Source: a virus
Lineage: Duplodnaviria; Caudoviricetes
Virus record (IMG/VR): IMGVR_UViG_3300032226_000477
Coordinates: 1-28,563 of that record
DNA: 28,563 bases
Strand: one strand, 5' to 3'
In this document: positions 26,856-28,563 of the stretch, piece after piece
Position numbering within the stretch: position 1 is the first letter of the stretch
Layout: every line of letters begins with the position of its first letter
Program-made: the position numbers and the translations under genes
The notes under the pieces: model-generated
What the model saw: the letters and a program-made list of their open reading frames with translations, nothing else
Told to the model about the DNA's origin: nothing
Databases searched by the model: none

Positions 26856-27520
26856 TCTCTGATTACGTCACTTACTTTGATTCTAGCAAGCCTCATCACC
26901 GTGCATGGTTGCAGGCGGTGCTGGATCGGTTGACCGCTTTGGACCCGAAAGCGTTAGATGTAAATGGAGAGCTAAGAAAGCTATGGGTAAGCGCCTCTAG
27001 TGTAAACTTAAAAGTTCCATATTTCAGCCAAAATGATAACGTAAGCGGCACGGGTTACAGGGAGTGCTTTAGCTCAAGCTGTGCGATGCTTGCTTCTTAT
27101 TGGGGCAAGGTGTCAGGGGACGATGCCTACAACCAGATTCGATCAAAATTTGGGGATTCGACCGATGCCCAAGCGCAACTATTGGCGCTGCGTTCGCTTG
27201 GACTGGCGGCTGATTTTCGCACCGATGGCACACCTGAGCTGCTAAAGCAGGAACTGAACGCGGGTCGCCCAGTCGCGGTCGGCTGGCTGCACCAGGGACC
27301 GGCCAAGGCGCCCACCGGCTTTGGTCACTGGACAGTAGCCATCGGGCACCGCCCAGGTTTTTGGCAAATAAATGATCCAAACGGTGAAGCTGATCTAGTC
27401 AATGGTGGCTACACACGCAATCGCAATGGTGCCAACCTGGGCTACAGCACCGCCAACTGGAATCTTCGCTGGATGGTGCGCGGAACCGGGGGATGGATGC
27501 TAACCTGTAAACGACAGTGA
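26852..27520 (+). CDS. C39-like cysteine peptidase, putative endolysin
   Basis: LKVPYFSQ...RECFSSSCAM (Q, C), GHWTVAIG (H), INDPNG (D). Confidence 0.85.
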   Translation: MISDYVTYFDSSKPHHRAWLQAVLDRLTALDPKALDVNGELRKLWVSASSVNLKVPYFSQNDNVSGTGYRECFSSSCAMLASYWGKVSGDDAYNQIRSKFGDSTDAQAQLLALRSLGLAADFRTDGTPELLKQELNAGRPVAVGWLHQGPAKAPTGFGHWTVAIGHRPGFWQINDPNGEADLVNGGYTRNRNGANLGYSTANWNLRWMVRGTGGWMLTCKRQ

Positions 27521-27532
27521 GCGCAGGACACG

Positions 27533-27925
27533 TTGCACACCATCGAAGGGTCCGAGCTTGTGTCAAAACGTGTTACTAAGCATCGGTTCCGGCGAGCAAT
27601 TATCAACGCTTGGGACAAGTGCTGCGCCTACTGTGGATACAAGCCAAGCAGCATAACACTAGATCACGTAACTCCCAAGGCAAAGGGTGGAACTACTCAA
27701 TGGTCTAATTTGGTCCCAGCTTGCACTTCATGCAATGGATCTAAAGGGCATTCTGATGTATGGGACTGGTATCAGTTGCAGTTATTTTACTGTGCAGCTA
27801 GGGAGCAAAAGATCAGGGATTGGCTGACTAACGAAAAACCCCCGCTGGTTGGCGAGGGTTGCAAGGTTGACGGAGGGGTTGATCAGGCGGCAGCTGTTTC
27901 AGTCTCGGCAGCGTCGTCTTCGTAG
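27533..27925 (+). CDS. HNH endonuclease
   Basis: CAYCG...TLDHVTPKAKGG...NLVPACTSCNGSKG; TTG start is uncertain. Confidence 0.88.
   Translation: MHTIEGSELVSKRVTKHRFRRAIINAWDKCCAYCGYKPSSITLDHVTPKAKGGTTQWSNLVPACTSCNGSKGHSDVWDWYQLQLFYCAAREQKIRDWLTNEKPPLVGEGCKVDGGVDQAAAVSVSAASSS
27834..27860 (-). terminator. Probable intrinsic terminator for the AbrB-like gene
   Basis: AACCC-C-CGC...GCG-A-GGGTT imperfect hairpin with an A5 run on + (U-tract on -), about 22 nt past the AbrB stop. Confidence 0.5.
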
Positions 27926-28272
27926 ATCGGAGTCAGTGTAATGCGGCCATTCTCCAGAAGTTCAATGGTAAACTCATGGCCAGCTTCAACCCCCTGGAGG
28001 GCGGTATAACCCTTGCTGACAATCAGGTTGCCATTGGCCTGCACCGTGGCCTTGTAGCTGAGCTGGCGGCCGGGGCGGAGCGTTGCGACGGGGGCAAAAA
28101 CCAAGCCTTTGGCTTCAAGCAGCGCATCATGGAAAGCGCTATACAGAATGCGCTCGGTGCCGTCTTTTTTGGTCACAGAGTAGCCGGTTTCGCGGGCTAC
28201 TTGATCCTTGGCAACAGTATCGCCAAGTTCCTTGACTTTGGCGAGCAGTTCTTTGCCGGTGAGTTGGGCCAT
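27883..28272 (-). CDS. Cyanobacterial AbrB-like (cyAbrB) transcriptional regulator; start reassigned to ATG 28272
   Basis: LTGKELLAKVKEL...ARETGY...FHDALLEAKG...GRQLSYKATVQANGNLIVSKGYT...EFTIEL matches the cyAbrB family pattern. Confidence 0.9.
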   Translation of the reverse strand: MAQLTGKELLAKVKELGDTVAKDQVARETGYSVTKKDGTERILYSAFHDALLEAKGLVFAPVATLRPGRQLSYKATVQANGNLIVSKGYTALQGVEAGHEFTIELLENGRITLTPIYEDDAAETETAAA

Positions 28273-28315
28273 AGTAGGGGCGGAGCTGGAGGTGGATCGT
28301 TTGTTGGACCCCCGA

Positions 28316-28324
28316 ATCATACCA
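28316..28324 (-). promoter_or_regulatory. Extended -10 element for the AbrB-like gene
   Basis: TGgTATGAT on the - strand, 43 nt upstream of ATG 28272. Confidence 0.5.
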
Positions 28325-28562
28325 TATCAAACAGCGATACCTGCTTTCCGCCTTGCCCATTTTGCGCGGTTATCGGCGCTGCGGTTGCCGCGACAGGAAG
28401 ACCGGCCATGAGGCGGCGCAGGCGGTTGCGAGCACGAAGCTCAACGCCTTGCAGGGTGGCGCGACTGAGGCCGGTGCGCTTCTCGATCTCGGACCACGGC
28501 TGACCCGCATCCCCATGACGGCTCAGCAACACCTCTCGGGCTTGCGGGTCAACCTGTTCGGC
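28317..28562 (-). CDS. Sigma-70 family factor, region 4 (5' part outside the window)
   Basis: Frame is open to the window edge: AEQVDPQAREVLLSRHG...WSEIEKRTGLSRATLQGVELRARNRLRRL resembles the sigma region 4 HTH. Confidence 0.7.
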   Translation of the reverse strand, partial: AEQVDPQAREVLLSRHGDAGQPWSEIEKRTGLSRATLQGVELRARNRLRRLMAGLPVAATAAPITAQNGQGGKQVSLFDMV

Positions 28563-28563
28563 C

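Noticed and set aside
26137-27864. Extra TTGCAACC 8-mers at 26137 (+) and 27857 (-) resembling the terS-upstream repeat
   Set aside because: About one chance occurrence of an 8-mer is expected in a window this size.
27976-28503. 175-aa + strand ORF
   Set aside because: Antisense shadow of the AbrB-like and sigma genes.

Overview
The window holds the nearly complete virion morphogenesis and lysis region of a lambda-like siphophage or prophage. The host is most likely a picocyanobacterium (Synechococcus/Cyanobium type), judged from a cyanobacterial AbrB-like regulator, a phage sigma-70 fragment and a C39-type lysin. The + strand order is terS, terL, a non-coding unit, gpW-like protein, lambda-type portal, ClpP-capsid fusion, small head proteins, FII-like protein, a 1492-aa Mtd_N/beta-helix/Ig/LamG fibre, tail tube, tail terminator, G/GT chaperones (-1 frameshift), tape measure, M, L, K, I, J, short tail fibre, two membrane proteins, C39 peptidase and HNH. 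AbrB-like and sigma-factor genes converge from the - strand. The best finding is a 346-bp gap between terL and gpW that looks like its own transcription unit (promoter, about 270 nt of structured RNA, terminator). It contains a complete type I hammerhead ribozyme fold, an E-loop/UUCG domain and an 8-nt segment that could block the catalytic core. A second finding is the gene junction ILNGDFL-stop/MTTYQTQ, present twice with only synonymous differences, which suggests a C-terminal docking tag for Mtd_N-type fibres and a lost second fibre gene. All calls come from reading motifs by eye; no database search or folding program was run.
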